IMG/VR virus record: IMGVR_UViG_2563366903_000009
Location: 1-40,486 of that record
Length of the DNA: 40,486 nt
Source: a virus
Taxonomy: Duplodnaviria; Heunggongvirae; Uroviricota; Caudoviricetes
Strand: one strand, 5' to 3'
The notes under the pieces are model-generated. The model was given only the letters and a program-made list of their open reading frames with translations. It had not been told where the DNA came from and searched no databases. Below are positions 8,539-19,792 of this stretch, piece by piece (positions within the stretch are counted from its first letter, which is position 1; the number at the start of each line of letters is the position of its first letter). A program made the position numbers and the translations under genes.

Positions 8539-9558
8539 TTATTCAGAAAAAGTGAGTAAGACTTTGCAGCAATGTTTTTGATCCAGTTCAAATAAACTAA
8601 TGGCATCCGCAACATGCTGGAAATCAAACGTATGGGTAATTAGTTTTTCTGGTTTAATTAACCCTTTACTTAACCAGTCGATAACGACCGGGAATTTATT
8701 TGCATTTAAGCGTGAAGAGAAAATAGAGAGTTCTTTTCCGGTAATTCCTTGCTGAATCACTTCAGACGGTTCACTGGAGAAGCCCATCAATACAATACGT
8801 GCCGCTGGAGAAGCCAGCGTTACGGCTTCTTTCAGGATTGAAGGATGACAAGCCGCATCGATAATTAATGTCGGCTTGATGCCTTTTTCAGCGAAAATCT
8901 CGCCAAGCGGTGTCTGGCTGTTATTAATCGCCCAGTCTGCCCCGCTCTCTTTCGCTTTTTCCAGTCGTTCATCAATGCGATCGGCAACAATCACATTCTT
9001 AACGTTATAGACGCCTTTTAATACCTGAACGATCGTCAGGCCGATTGGACCTGCACCGTAAACCAGAACGGTATCATTTTCAGTCGGTTGACCATGACCG
9101 GTAACGTTAGCCGCAATGGTAAAAGGTTCAATCATCACCGCATATTGATCGGCCACTGCTTCAGGAATTTTCCACGCATTTTTTGCCGGCACCACGGCAT
9201 ATTCACTGAAACCACCGTCAGCGTGCACACCTAATACAGCAAGTGTCGTACAAACGTTCGGCTTACCTATAGAGCACGGATAGCAATGCCCACAGCTGAC
9301 CACCGGATCGACAGCAACGCGTTCACCGACTCTGGCGCTTTCCACGCCGTCACCCACTGCATCAATGACGCCAAAGAATTCATGACCAATGACGCGCGGA
9401 TATTTCGCAAAAGGATTATGCCCACGGTAAATATGGCTATCTGAACCACAAATTCCGGCAAGTTTAACTTTTACTCGTACTTCACCCGCTGACGGGGTGG
9501 GTATTTCACGTTCGATAATCGACAGTTGATTCGGTTTTTCAATTAAAATGCTTTTCAT
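8539..9558 (-). CDS. rspB: Zinc-dependent alcohol dehydrogenase family protein RspB
   Basis: MKSILIEKPNQL...GICGSDSHIYRGHNPFAKYPRVIGHEFFGVI...; start set at the MKSIL methionine inside track ORF 8539-9582. Confidence 0.9.
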   Translation of the reverse strand: MKSILIEKPNQLSIIEREIPTPSAGEVRVKVKLAGICGSDSHIYRGHNPFAKYPRVIGHEFFGVIDAVGDGVESARVGERVAVDPVVSCGHCYPCSIGKPNVCTTLAVLGVHADGGFSEYAVVPAKNAWKIPEAVADQYAVMIEPFTIAANVTGHGQPTENDTVLVYGAGPIGLTIVQVLKGVYNVKNVIVADRIDERLEKAKESGADWAINNSQTPLGEIFAEKGIKPTLIIDAACHPSILKEAVTLASPAARIVLMGFSSEPSEVIQQGITGKELSIFSSRLNANKFPVVIDWLSKGLIKPEKLITHTFDFQHVADAISLFELDQKHCCKVLLTFSE

Positions 9559-9569
9559 TACCTTACTCC

Positions 9570-10784
9570 TTACCAGTTCCACAGCGTGCCATCTTCCAGA
9601 CGTGCGACTGGCAGATAAGCAGGTTCATAGGGATATTTCGCCGCCAGCTTTTCATCGAATTCGATGCCAAGACCCGGTTTTTCTCCCGGATGCATATAGC
9701 CGTTATCGAAAGTCCAGTTGTGCGGGAAGACTTCGAGCATTTGTTCGGAATAACCCATGTATTCCTGGACACCGAAATTGGGGACCCACAGATCAAAGTG
9801 CAGCGCCGCAGCCATGCAGACTGGTGACAAATCGGAAGGACCGTGTGAGCCAGTACGTACCTGATACAGCGAAGCAAAATCGGCAATCCGACACATACCG
9901 GTAATTCCGCCTGCATGGGTCAGCGTGGTGCGGATATAATCGATGAGTTGCTCTTCAATCAGTTGTTTGCAGTCCCAAATGCTGTTGAAGACTTCACCCA
10001 CCGCGATGGGTGTGACGGTATGTTGGCGAATGAGACGGAAGCATTCCTGGTTTTCCGCAGGCGTCGGGTCTTCCATCCAGAACATGCGATAATCTTCAAT
10101 GCTCTTACCAAAGCGCGCCGCTTCAATAGGCGTTAAGCGATGGTGCATGTCATGCAGCAGATGTTCATCAAAACCAAACTTGTTACGTACCGCGTCAAAC
10201 AATTTCGGCATGAAATCGAGGTATTTCTCCGTCGACCACAGCTGCTCTTCCGGCCACTGTCCTTTGGTTGCGGGTTCATAAGCCAGACCTTTACCTTTCG
10301 ACATGCCGTAGGTGGTTTTCATACCAGGGATTCCGCACTGCACGCGGATGGCTTTGAATCCCAGCTCCTGATGACGGGCATAATCATCCAGAGCTTCATC
10401 AATACTGTGACCGGTGGTATGGCAATAAACCATCACCCCTTCACGAGACGCGCCGCCGAGTAACTGGTAAAGCGGCATGTTGGCAGCTTTGGCTTTAATA
10501 TCCCACAGCGCCATATCAACCGCTGAAATGGCCGACATCGTAACCGGACCGCGACGCCAGTAAGCACCTTTATAGAAAAACTGCCAGATATCTTCGATAC
10601 GGTGTGCATCGCGACCAATAAGCTGCGGACAAAGGTGATCCTGCAAATAAGAGGCCACGGAAAGCTCACGTCCATTTAGGGTGGCATCCCCAAGGCCCGT
10701 AATACCGTCCTCAGTGGTGATTTTTAATGTGACGAAATTACGCCCCGGACAGGTAACAAAAACTTCAGCCTTTACGATCTTCAT
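9570..10784 (-). CDS. rspA: Enolase-superfamily mannonate dehydratase-like protein RspA
   Basis: [50 protein letters not shown]...; start set at MKIVK inside track ORF 9570-10817. Confidence 0.9.
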   Translation of the reverse strand: MKIVKAEVFVTCPGRNFVTLKITTEDGITGLGDATLNGRELSVASYLQDHLCPQLIGRDAHRIEDIWQFFYKGAYWRRGPVTMSAISAVDMALWDIKAKAANMPLYQLLGGASREGVMVYCHTTGHSIDEALDDYARHQELGFKAIRVQCGIPGMKTTYGMSKGKGLAYEPATKGQWPEEQLWSTEKYLDFMPKLFDAVRNKFGFDEHLLHDMHHRLTPIEAARFGKSIEDYRMFWMEDPTPAENQECFRLIRQHTVTPIAVGEVFNSIWDCKQLIEEQLIDYIRTTLTHAGGITGMCRIADFASLYQVRTGSHGPSDLSPVCMAAALHFDLWVPNFGVQEYMGYSEQMLEVFPHNWTFDNGYMHPGEKPGLGIEFDEKLAAKYPYEPAYLPVARLEDGTLWNW

Positions 10785-10990
10785 GTTCGATTCCTTGCAT
10801 CGCTTGTCGTGATGCATGAAATCTACGCAACTGAGCTACTACCATACAAGTATGAAGATCAAAAAAAAGCCGGAGTGATCACAAAAAAAGGCGTATATTT
10901 GCGCCGTGAATGGTTGACAAAAGATGAAATAGAATACCTTTTGTCAGCTGACACTTCCTCGTATCTTATTGATAAAATGGATTTATGTTC

Positions 10991-11317
10991 CTACGTGCGC
11001 CCCCAGCCCGCAACAATGATCAACATGCCGCAAAGCGCAATTAACGCCCCCGTCCAGTCATAAAGAGTCAGTTTCACGCCATCCACAACGCGCAGCCACA
11101 TCAAAGCCGTGCAGACATAAACGCCACCATAAGCCGCGTAAACACGCCCACTCGCCGCAGGATGCAACGTTAACAACCAGACAAACAGCGCCAGTGAAAT
11201 CCCCGCCGGAAGCAACAGCCAGATACTGGCGTTTCGCTTCAACCACAGCCAGGGCAAAAAGCATCCAATAATTTCACACAGCGCAGTAGCAAAAAATAGT
11301 AACGTTGTTTTAATCAT
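10991..11317 (-). CDS. ynfA: UPF0060 family inner membrane protein YnfA
   Basis: [49 protein letters not shown]...; hydrophobic 108-aa product. Confidence 0.85.
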
Positions 11318-11451
11318 CTTTGTCACTTATTGACATCACGTATAGTTATAGGGCGACATAATATCATCAATATAAACACCCTCCTTGAACGTTTTGCGTT
11401 CGCAGTGGATGGTGTAGAATCAGCTTTAATCATTCATACAGGGAATGAATT

Positions 11452-11793
11452 ATGAAAATCACTCTCAGCAAACGAATCGGCCTGCTCGCTTTTCTGCTGC
11501 CTTGCGCACTGGCATTGAGCACAACTGTTCATGCCGAAACTAACAAACTGGTGATTGAGTCTGGCGACAGTGCACAAAGCCGCCAGCGCGCCGCTATGGA
11601 AAAAGAGCAATGGAATGACACGCGTAATCTGCGCCAGAAAGTGAATAAACGCACTGAAAAAGAGTGGGATAAAGCCGACGCTGCTTTTGATAACCGCGAT
11701 AAATGTGAGCAAAGCGCCAACATCAATGCCTACTGGGAGCCAAATACTTTGCGCTGCCTGGACCGTCGAACTGGCCGCGTTATTATCCCCTAA
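11452..11793 (+). CDS. ynfB: Small secreted protein YnfB
   Basis: [28 protein letters not shown] signal peptide, 113 aa. Confidence 0.85.
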   Translation: MKITLSKRIGLLAFLLPCALALSTTVHAETNKLVIESGDSAQSRQRAAMEKEQWNDTRNLRQKVNKRTEKEWDKADAAFDNRDKCEQSANINAYWEPNTLRCLDRRTGRVIIP

Positions 11794-11827
11794 CCTGTTA
11801 TTGATTTAAGGAATGTAAGGACACGTT

Positions 11828-12388
11828 ATGCCAAGCGCCCACAGTGTTAAGCTACGCCCGCTGGAGCGTGAAGATTTACGCTATGTACATCAACTCGACA
11901 ATAACGCCAGTGTGATGCGTTACTGGTTTGAGGAACCCTACGAAGCCTTTGTTGAACTCTCTGATCTGTATGATAAGCATATTCACGATCAGAGCGAACG
12001 GCGCTTTGTGGTGGAATGTGACGGCGAAAAAGCCGGTCTGGTGGAGCTGGTGGAAATTAACCATGTTCATCGCCGCGCAGAATTTCAGATAATTATCTCC
12101 CCGGAGTATCAGGGGAAAGGTCTGGCAACCCGTGCCGCCAAATTAGCAATGGACTATGGCTTCACCGTTCTCAATCTCTATAAGCTGTATCTGATCGTTG
12201 ATAAAGAGAATGAAAAAGCGATTCACATTTACCGCAAGCTTGGCTTTACGGTTGAAGGTGAATTGATGCATGAGTTCTTTATTAATGGTCAATATCGTAA
12301 TGCCATTCGCATGTGTATATTCCAGCATCAGTATCTGGCTGAGCACAAAACACCGGGTCAGACTCTCCTGAAGCCGACCGCACAATAG
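11828..12388 (+). CDS. speG: Spermidine N1-acetyltransferase
   Basis: 186-aa GNAT-fold [44 protein letters not shown]... Confidence 0.9.
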   Translation: MPSAHSVKLRPLEREDLRYVHQLDNNASVMRYWFEEPYEAFVELSDLYDKHIHDQSERRFVVECDGEKAGLVELVEINHVHRRAEFQIIISPEYQGKGLATRAAKLAMDYGFTVLNLYKLYLIVDKENEKAIHIYRKLGFTVEGELMHEFFINGQYRNAIRMCIFQHQYLAEHKTPGQTLLKPTAQ

Positions 12389-12390
12389 TA

Positions 12391-13101
12391 TTAATAATAA
12401 TCGATCGTATTTTTGATGGTGTAAACCCGTTCGACGGCGGGTTTTACTCCTTCATCAACAATGATTAGCTGACAGTCCACCGGATTGGCGTGATTGTCAT
12501 ATTCACAGCTCTGTTTTACATTTCCAACCCGTTGATTATTCAGTAAAGTAACCGCTGTGTAATCTAATTTTTTGATCGGGTCCGTTGATGGCGTGGCGCT
12601 GACAGATAATGTTTTATCGTTACTTTTCGTGGTTTTACCCAGCGGATACCCCTGATCATCATAGCGATATTCCATCTGCATCTGTTTGCTGCTGGCTTTA
12701 ATCACGAAACCATTATCATCGGTTTCCCAACTCACCCCGGCAGAAGGTAATTCTGCTAGCTGGCATTTTCCCTGCAAACGAACTCTTTTCTCCAGCGTCT
12801 CGGCATCACGGTAATAATTGGCGTCCAGTACCAGGGCAACCACGGTATTATTTTCCAGATCCAGTAATTCGAGAGAATCAAAACAGCCTTCTTCCGACAA
12901 AGTCCCCGAAACACGTTTCGTCACTTCACCTTGCTCATCCATTAATGTCTGAGTGAAATCTTTTACGGGACCACGCAGCGGATCAAAATCGAATTCATTA
13001 GAGAAACTGGCCATCTCCGGGGTAAATGAAAGTGTTACCTCTGTGCGGTCACATCCTGTGAGTAATATCGCGAGTAAGCATGGCAGTAATTTGTATTTCA
13101 C
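12391..13101 (-). CDS. ynfC: Lipoprotein YnfC
   Basis: KYKLLPCLLAILLTGC lipobox signal; start probably the GTG preceding KYKLL, inside track ORF 12391-13137. Confidence 0.8.
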   Translation of the reverse strand: MKYKLLPCLLAILLTGCDRTEVTLSFTPEMASFSNEFDFDPLRGPVKDFTQTLMDEQGEVTKRVSGTLSEEGCFDSLELLDLENNTVVALVLDANYYRDAETLEKRVRLQGKCQLAELPSAGVSWETDDNGFVIKASSKQMQMEYRYDDQGYPLGKTTKSNDKTLSVSATPSTDPIKKLDYTAVTLLNNQRVGNVKQSCEYDNHANPVDCQLIIVDEGVKPAVERVYTIKNTIDYY

Positions 13102-13205
13102 AACAGTCACCTGAGAGTAGAGATGATTCTCAATCATAGTAGCAAATACAGTACTTTACACGTTAAATGCTATGCTTAAAGAAGTTATCTTCGCGTAAGG
13201 AGCTT

Positions 13206-13514
13206 ATGATGAAACTCTCAACCTGCTGTGCCGCGCTTCTGCTCGCCCTCGCCTCACCCACGGCACTCGCCGCGCCGGGATCCTGTGAGCGCATACAGAG
13301 CGATATATCACAGCGCATTATCAATAATGGCGTACCCGAAAACAGCTTCACGTTAAGTATTGTACCCAATGACCAGGTTGATCAGCCTGATTCCCAGGTC
13401 GTCGGGCATTGCGCTAATGATACGCATAAAATTCTCTACACCCGTACCACCAGCGGTAACGTCTCTGCTCCCGCGCAGTCTACCCAGGATAACGCGCCTG
13501 CTGAACCGCAGTAA
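13206..13514 (+). CDS. ynfD: Small secreted protein YnfD
   Basis: MMKLSTCCAALLLALASPTALA signal peptide; ATG at 13206 preceded by AGGAG. Confidence 0.8.
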   Translation: MMKLSTCCAALLLALASPTALAAPGSCERIQSDISQRIINNGVPENSFTLSIVPNDQVDQPDSQVVGHCANDTHKILYTRTTSGNVSAPAQSTQDNAPAEPQ

Positions 13515-13599
13515 CACATTATCGACTGAACGCCGGATACGACACATCCGGCGATTTGAACATACAACATAATCCCACCTTATTACTCATACCCTTCTA

Positions 13600-13613
13600 T
13601 TGATATGGATTAA
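13600..13613. promoter_or_regulatory. Candidate FNR-type site upstream of ynfE
   Basis: TTGATatggATTAA, one mismatch from TTGAT-N4-ATCAA, about 100 bp upstream of the ynfE ATG. Confidence 0.3.
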
Positions 13614-13712
13614 TAATTATTAACCCCAAATGGGTAGACTCCCTCTATTGTTAGCGCGCTAAATATTCAATATATAAACATTTATATAACGATAAAAAAC
13701 AGGGAGTGAGTT

Positions 13713-16138
13713 ATGTCCAAAAATAAACAAATGGTGGGCATCAGCCGCAGAACACTCGTTAAATCTACCGCGATAGGTTCTCTGGCGCTGGCTGCAGGCG
13801 GTTTTTCTTTGCCGTTTACCCTGCGCAGTGCAGCAGCAGCGGTACAACAGGCCAGCGAAAAAGTGGTCTGGGGTGCCTGTTCCGTCAACTGTGGTAGCCG
13901 CTGTGCACTTCGTCTGCATGTTAAAGATAATGAAGTGACCTGGGGGGAAACTGACAACACCGGCAGCGACGAGTATGGCAACCATCAGGTACGCGCCTGT
14001 TTGCGCGGTCGCTCCATCCGTCGGCGTATTAATCATCCCGATCGCCTGAATTACCCAATGAAACGCGTGGGCAAACGCGGCGAAGGCAAATTCGAACGGA
14101 TTAGCTGGGATGAAGCCCTGGATACTATCGCCAGTAGCCTGAAAAAAACCGTCAAACAATATGGCAATGAGGCTGTATATATTCAGTACTCTTCGGGGAT
14201 TGTTGGCGGCAATATGACCCGCTCTTCTCCATCAGCCTCGGCGGTCAAACGCCTGATGAACTGCTACGGCGGTTCACTAAATCAGTATGGCTCCTACAGC
14301 ACTGCGCAAATTTCCTGTGCCATGCCCTACACCTACGGCAGTAATGATGGCAACAGCACCACGGATATTGAAAACAGCAAGCTGGTCGTGATGTTTGGTA
14401 ACAACCCGGCTGAAACCCGCATGAGCGGCGGTGGCATCACTTATCTTCTTGAAAAAGCGCGCGAGAAATCGAACGCAAAAATGATTGTTATCGATCCGCG
14501 ATATACCGATACGGCTGCTGGTCGTGAAGATGAATGGCTTCCTATTCGCCCGGGCACCGATGCCGCGCTGGTTGCGGGTATTGCCTGGGTATTGATTAAC
14601 GAAAATCTCGTTGATCAACCTTTTCTCGATAAATACTGCGTCGGCTATGACGAAAAAACCTTACCCGCAGATGCACCCAAAAATGGTCACTATAAAGCCT
14701 ATATTCTTGGTGAAGGTGATGATAAAACAGCGAAAACGCCGCAGTGGGCTTCGCAAATTACAGGTATCCCGGTAGACCGTATCATCAAACTGGCGCGTGA
14801 AATTGGCACAGCAAAACCCGCTTATATCTGCCAGGGCTGGGGGCCGCAACGCCAGGCAAACGGCGAGCTGACGGCACGCGCTATTGCTATGTTGCCTATT
14901 TTGACGGGCAATGTCGGCATCAGCGGCGGAAATAGTGGTGCGCGTGAATCGACCTACACCATTACCATCGAACGCTTGCCGGTGCTGGATAATCCGGTCA
15001 AAACGTCAATCTCCTGCTTCAGCTGGACAGATGCTATCGATCATGGCCCGCAAATGACGGCAATCCGCGACGGCGTCCGGGGCAAAGATAAACTAGATGT
15101 GCCCATTAAGTTCATCTGGAACTACGCGGGAAATACCCTGGTTAATCAGCATTCTGACATCAACAAAACGCATGAAATTCTGCAGGACGAATCGAAATGC
15201 GAAATGATTGTGGTCATCGAAAACTTTATGACCTCATCGGCAAAATATACCGACATTCTGCTGCCAGACCTGATGACCGTTGAGCAGGAAGATATTATTC
15301 CTAACGACTACGCCGGTAACATGGGATATCTCATTTTCCTCCAGCCTGTCACCAGCGAAAAATTCGAACGCAAACCAATTTACTGGATCCTGAGTGAAGT
15401 CGCGAAACGTCTTGGACCTGACGTCTATCAAAAGTTCACTGAAGGTCGCACGCAGGAACATTGGTTACAACATCTGTACGCCAAAATGCTTGCCAAAGAT
15501 CCGGCATTACCGTCTTACGACGAATTAAAAAAATGGGTATCTATAAGCGTAAAGATCCCAATGGTCATTTTGTCGCCTACAAAGCATTTCGTGACGACCC
15601 CGAGGCAAATCCACTTAAAACGCCTTCCGGTAAGATTGAAATTTATTCCAGCAAGCTGGCGGAAATTGCCCGTACCTGGGAACTGGAAAAAGATGAAGTG
15701 ATAAGCCCACTGCCGGTTTATGCCTCAACCTTTGAAGGCTGGGACTCCCCTGAACGTAGTGCCTTCCCACTGCAACTGTTTGGTTTCCATTACAAATCCC
15801 GTACGCACTCGACCTACGGCAACATTGATGTCCTGAAGGCAGCCTGCCGTCAGGAAGTGTGGATCAACCCTATAGATGCACAGAAACGTGGGATTGCCAA
15901 CGGCGATATGGTGCGGGTGTTTAACCATCGTGGCGAAGTTCGGCTACCAGCCAAAGTGACACCACGCATTCTCCCTGGAGTTAGTGCTATGGGCCAGGGA
16001 GCCTGGCACGAGGCCAATATGTCTGGCGATAAAATCGACCACGGCGGCTGTGTGAATACGCTAACCACTCTGCGCCCTTCACCACTGGCGAAGGGAAACC
16101 CGCAGCACACTAATCTGGTCGAGATCGAAAAAATATAA
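13713..16138 (+). pseudogene. ynfE: DMSO-reductase-family molybdoenzyme catalytic subunit YnfE, disrupted by -1 frameshift in an A7 tract
   Basis: Track ORFs 13713-15701 and 15461-16138 together align end-to-end with the intact paralog ynfF. The frame change maps to the A run at 15527-15533 (..DELKK|MGIYKRKDPNGHFVAYKAF..). Tat-type signal and Cys cluster at the N-terminus. Confidence 0.75.
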
Positions 16139-16195
16139 CCCACTACGACCATAAATTTTGACATGACATTTTGTTTGAAAAGCAATAAGTGAGTA

Positions 16196-18622
16196 ATGAT
16201 GAAAATCCATAACACAGAGGCGCTCATGTCGGCTGAAATCAGTCGTAGAAGTCTGATGAAAACCTCCGCACTTGGCAGTCTCGCGCTGGCAAGCAGTGCT
16301 TTCACTTTGCCGTTTTCCCAAATGGTCCGAGCGGCACAGGCACCGGTAGAAGAGAAAGCGGTCTGGAGTTCCTGCACCGTTAACTGCGGGAGCCGCTGTC
16401 TGTTACGTTTGCATGTGAAAGATGACACCGTGTACTGGGTAGAGTCTGATACGACAGGTGACGACGTTTACGGTAATCATCAGGTTCGGGCATGTTTACG
16501 CGGGCGCTCTATCCGCCGACGGATGAATCATCCTGACAGGTTGAAATATCCCATGAAGCGCGTCGGCAAGCGCGGTGAAGGTAAATTTGAACGGATAAGT
16601 TGGGACGAAGCCCTGGATACCATCAGTGATAATCTTCGGCGGATCCTAAAAGATTACGGCAATGAGGCTGTACATGTTCTCTATGGAACAGGCGTAGATG
16701 GCGGAAACATCACCAACTCAAACGTCCCGTACCGTCTGATGAACTCTTGCGGTGGTTTTCTCAGTCGCTATGGCAGCTATAGTACCGCACAGATCAGTGC
16801 CGCAATGAGTTATATGTTCGGTGCCAATGATGGCAACAGCCCGGATGATATCGCCAATACGAAACTGGTCGTTATGTTCGGAAATAACCCGGCAGAAACA
16901 CGGATGAGCGGCGGTGGTGTCACTTACTACGTCGAGCAAGCCCGCGAACGTTCAAACGCACGCATGATCGTCATCGATCCACGTTATAACGACACAGCTG
17001 CCGGGCGTGAAGATGAATGGCTGCCCATTCGCCCTGGCACCGATGGCGCACTGGCCTGTGCGATTGCCTGGGTACTGATTACTGAAAACATGGTCGATCA
17101 GCCATTTCTCGACAAATATTGTGTTGGTTACGATGAAAAAACGCTGCCAGCTAACGCTCCACGTAACGCGCATTATAAAGCCTATATTCTGGGCGAAGGG
17201 ACTGACAGCATAGCTAAGACGCCGGAATGGGCAGCAAAAATCACCAGCATCCCAGCAGAAAAAATTATCCAGTTGGCACGAGAGATCGGTTCAGCAAAAC
17301 CGGCTTATATTTGTCAGGGTTGGGGGCCACAACGACATTCCAACGGCGAGCAAACGTCCCGCGCTATTGCCATGCTTTCCGTTCTCACCGGTAACGTCGG
17401 CATAAACGGCGGCAACTCAGGTGTACGCGAAGGTAGCTGGGATCTGGGGGTAGAATGGTTCCCGATGCTCGAGAATCCAGTTAAAACGCAGATTTCCGTC
17501 TTTACATGGACAGATGCCATCGACCATGGTACGGAAATGACCGCGACCCGTGATGGTGTTCGAGGAAAAGAAAAACTGGATGTCCCCATCAAGTTTTTAT
17601 GGTGCTACGCCAGTAACACATTGATCAATCAACATGGCGACATCAATCACACCCATGAGGTGCTTCAGGATGACAGCAAGTGCGAGATGATTGTTGGCAT
17701 TGACCACTTCATGACTGCCTCGGCTAAGTATTGCGATATCCTGTTACCCGACCTGATGCCAACAGAGCAAGAAGACCTTATCTCTCATGAGTCTGCCGGG
17801 AATATGGGCTATGTGATCCTCGCCCAACCCGCAACCTCAGCAAAATTTGAACGCAAACCCATCTACTGGATGCTGAGCGAAGTCGCCAAACGCTTAGGAC
17901 CAGACGTTTATCAAACCTTTACTGAAGGTCGCAGTCAGCATGAATGGATCAAATATCTCCATGCGAAAACGAAGGAACGTAACCCTGAGATGCCCGACTA
18001 CGAGGAGATGAAAACGACCGGGATCTTTAAGAAAAAATGCCCGGAAGAACACTACGTCGCTTTCCGCGCATTCCGTGAAGATCCACAGGCAAATCCGTTG
18101 AAAACACCTTCGGGGAAAATCGAAATTTATTCTGAACGACTGGCGAAGATTGCAGATACCTGGGAATTGAAAAAAGATGAAATTATTCATCCCCTTCCTG
18201 CGTATACCCCAGGTTTTGATGGCTGGGACGATCCCCTGCGGAAAACCTATCCACTGCAACTAACGGGCTTCCACTACAAAGCGCGTACCCACTCCAGCTA
18301 CGGCAATATTGATGTGTTACAGCAGGCCTGCCCACAAGAGGTGTGGATCAACCCTATTGATGCTCAGGCACGCGGTATCCGTCATGGCGATACCGTGCGG
18401 GTATTTAACAATAATGGAGAAATGCTGATTGCCGCAAAAGTGACTCCGCGTATTCTGCCTGGCGTTACCGCCATCGGGCAAGGTGCGTGGCTTAAAGCGG
18501 ATATGTTTGGTGACCGGGTCGATCACGGCGGCAGTATCAATATTCTGACCTCTCACCGCCCTTCACCGCTGGCAAAGGGAAACCCGTCGCACAGCAATCT
18601 TGTCCAGATCGAAAAGGTTTAA
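16196..18622 (+). CDS. ynfF: DMSO-reductase-family molybdoenzyme catalytic subunit YnfF
   Basis: 808-aa ORF with twin-arginine signal (SRRSLMKTSALGSLALA), Cys cluster CTVNCGSRC and molybdopterin oxidoreductase-like body; tandem paralog of ynfE. Confidence 0.9.
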   Translation: MMKIHNTEALMSAEISRRSLMKTSALGSLALASSAFTLPFSQMVRAAQAPVEEKAVWSSCTVNCGSRCLLRLHVKDDTVYWVESDTTGDDVYGNHQVRACLRGRSIRRRMNHPDRLKYPMKRVGKRGEGKFERISWDEALDTISDNLRRILKDYGNEAVHVLYGTGVDGGNITNSNVPYRLMNSCGGFLSRYGSYSTAQISAAMSYMFGANDGNSPDDIANTKLVVMFGNNPAETRMSGGGVTYYVEQARERSNARMIVIDPRYNDTAAGREDEWLPIRPGTDGALACAIAWVLITENMVDQPFLDKYCVGYDEKTLPANAPRNAHYKAYILGEGTDSIAKTPEWAAKITSIPAEKIIQLAREIGSAKPAYICQGWGPQRHSNGEQTSRAIAMLSVLTGNVGINGGNSGVREGSWDLGVEWFPMLENPVKTQISVFTWTDAIDHGTEMTATRDGVRGKEKLDVPIKFLWCYASNTLINQHGDINHTHEVLQDDSKCEMIVGIDHFMTASAKYCDILLPDLMPTEQEDLISHESAGNMGYVILAQPATSAKFERKPIYWMLSEVAKRLGPDVYQTFTEGRSQHEWIKYLHAKTKERNPEMPDYEEMKTTGIFKKKCPEEHYVAFRAFREDPQANPLKTPSGKIEIYSERLAKIADTWELKKDEIIHPLPAYTPGFDGWDDPLRKTYPLQLTGFHYKARTHSSYGNIDVLQQACPQEVWINPIDAQARGIRHGDTVRVFNNNGEMLIAAKVTPRILPGVTAIGQGAWLKADMFGDRVDHGGSINILTSHRPSPLAKGNPSHSNLVQIEKV

Positions 18623-18632
18623 GGAGTAGCCC

Positions 18633-18746
18633 ATGACCACACAATATGGATTTTTTATCGATTCCAGCCGCTGTACTGGCTGTAAAACCTGCGAACTGGC
18701 GTGCAAAGATTTTAAAGTTGGTTACGTATCGTTTAAAATCAATTAG
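18633..18746 (+). pseudogene. ynfG: 5' fragment of Fe-S subunit gene ynfG, truncated by prophage insertion
   Basis: MTTQYGFFIDSSRCTGCKTCELACKDFK (ferredoxin-type Cys motif), then unrelated sequence VGYVSFKIN* from about 18717. RBS AGGAG upstream of ATG at 18633. Confidence 0.7.
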
Positions 18747-18790
18747 ATAGCCCGTCATTTCTGCGCTCACACGTCCCAACATTGAAAAAC

Positions 18791-18824
18791 ATGCAAAGCT
18801 TTGTAAGCCGATGCAAAGCTTTGT
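18791..18824. repeat. Tandem pair of palindromic 14-mers ATGCAAAGCTTTGT, 20 bp centre-to-centre
   Basis: Copies at 18791-18804 and 18811-18824; each contains the perfect palindrome CAAAGCTTTG. Lies about 75 bp inside the prophage end. Confidence 0.45.
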
Positions 18825-18910
18825 GTGTCTCACTTTTGTCCCAATACCAATCCGAATCCACCCTTTGTCATCATTGAGAAATGGCAAGGAAGAAAAGGAT
18901 GTTACTGCAC

Positions 18911-18997
18911 GATTTGACAAATCCGCCAGAGCTATCGCATACTGACCGCACTACAACGTCAGCGGTCAACCGCACCCGATAGCTTTGCGGCTTTTTT
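18911..18997 (+). promoter_or_regulatory. Leader cassette 1 upstream of antirepressor 1: palindrome over a -35 TTGACA, then short hairpin and T6 tract
   Basis: GATTTGACAAATC (18911-18923); GCGGtcaaCCGC (18962-18973), then GCGG and TTTTTT (18992-18997). Same architecture as cassette 2. Confidence 0.4.
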
Positions 18998-19151
18998 ATG
19001 CCTGTTTACAGGTATCGCCATATCAATGGCGGGTCGAGAGAGCCTAATACAATACCCTTTCGGGAAATACGCTCCGCCGTCTGACGCGGTAGTTGAAGCC
19101 CGCCACCCCACTAAGGTGGCAGTCAATACTAAAACGTCAGGAGTCATAATT

Positions 19152-19787
19152 ATGACTAATCAACTCATCCCCGTATTCAACGGTTCTATCTCAAACCAAG
19201 CAGCCCTTCTATGCAATGCTCGCAATCTACACGCTTTCCTTGGGGTTGGTAAACGCTTTGCATCGTGGATAACAGAACGTATTGCTGAATATGGTTTCGT
19301 TGAAAATCAGGACTATATGATTGCTTCCCAAATTCGGGAAGCAAAAGGTAGAGGCGGTCACAACCGCAAGGAATACCACCTCACCCTCGACACAGCCAAA
19401 GAGCTTGCGATGGTTGAACGTAACGAAAAAGGTCGCCAGATCCGCCGCTACTTCATCGAGTGCGAAAAGAAACTTCGCAACATTCAGCCAGTACAAGCAG
19501 AACCACAGCCGCAATTCACAGCCGAGGAAATCATCCTCCTTTGCTACATGCAGCTCTGGATGGAAAAAGCCCAGGACCTCAGCAAACACCTGTATCCCAT
19601 CATGAAAGAGCTGAACTCCTCATACACGAACAAGCTGTATGACATTGCGTTTGAGACCATCTACATGGTGACGAAGAACAGAGATGCGTTACTGAGGGAG
19701 GTAACACGTCTCGACATGTCAAGTTCCGTTATCCAGCGGGCCATGCCAATGCTGAAAAGCCTGCGGGCAAGACAATTCGAGTTTTAA
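19152..19787 (+). CDS. Phage antirepressor, KilA-C-type N-terminal region with shared Ant C-terminal domain
   Basis: ATG at 19152 with AGGAG RBS; N-terminal ...GKRFASWITERIAEYGFVENQDY...EYHLTLDTAKELAMVERNEKGRQIRRYFIECEK; C-terminal ~90 aa near-identical to the second antirepressor. Confidence 0.7.
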   Translation: MTNQLIPVFNGSISNQAALLCNARNLHAFLGVGKRFASWITERIAEYGFVENQDYMIASQIREAKGRGGHNRKEYHLTLDTAKELAMVERNEKGRQIRRYFIECEKKLRNIQPVQAEPQPQFTAEEIILLCYMQLWMEKAQDLSKHLYPIMKELNSSYTNKLYDIAFETIYMVTKNRDALLREVTRLDMSSSVIQRAMPMLKSLRARQFEF

Positions 19788-19792
19788 GGCCA

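Noticed and set aside
9267-10675. Small ORFs nested in or antisense to rspA and rspB
   Set aside because: Lie within well-supported rspA and rspB coding sequences on the other strand or frame.
15461-16138. Track ORF 15461-16138 as an independent gene
   Set aside because: It is the out-of-frame C-terminal part of ynfE; its N-terminal 24 codons are an artefact of the frameshift.
13713-18622. Extensive similarity between 13.7-16.1 kb and 16.2-18.6 kb as a possible mobile repeat or recent duplication
   Set aside because: These are the tandem paralogs ynfE and ynfF; similarity is at protein level with diverged DNA.
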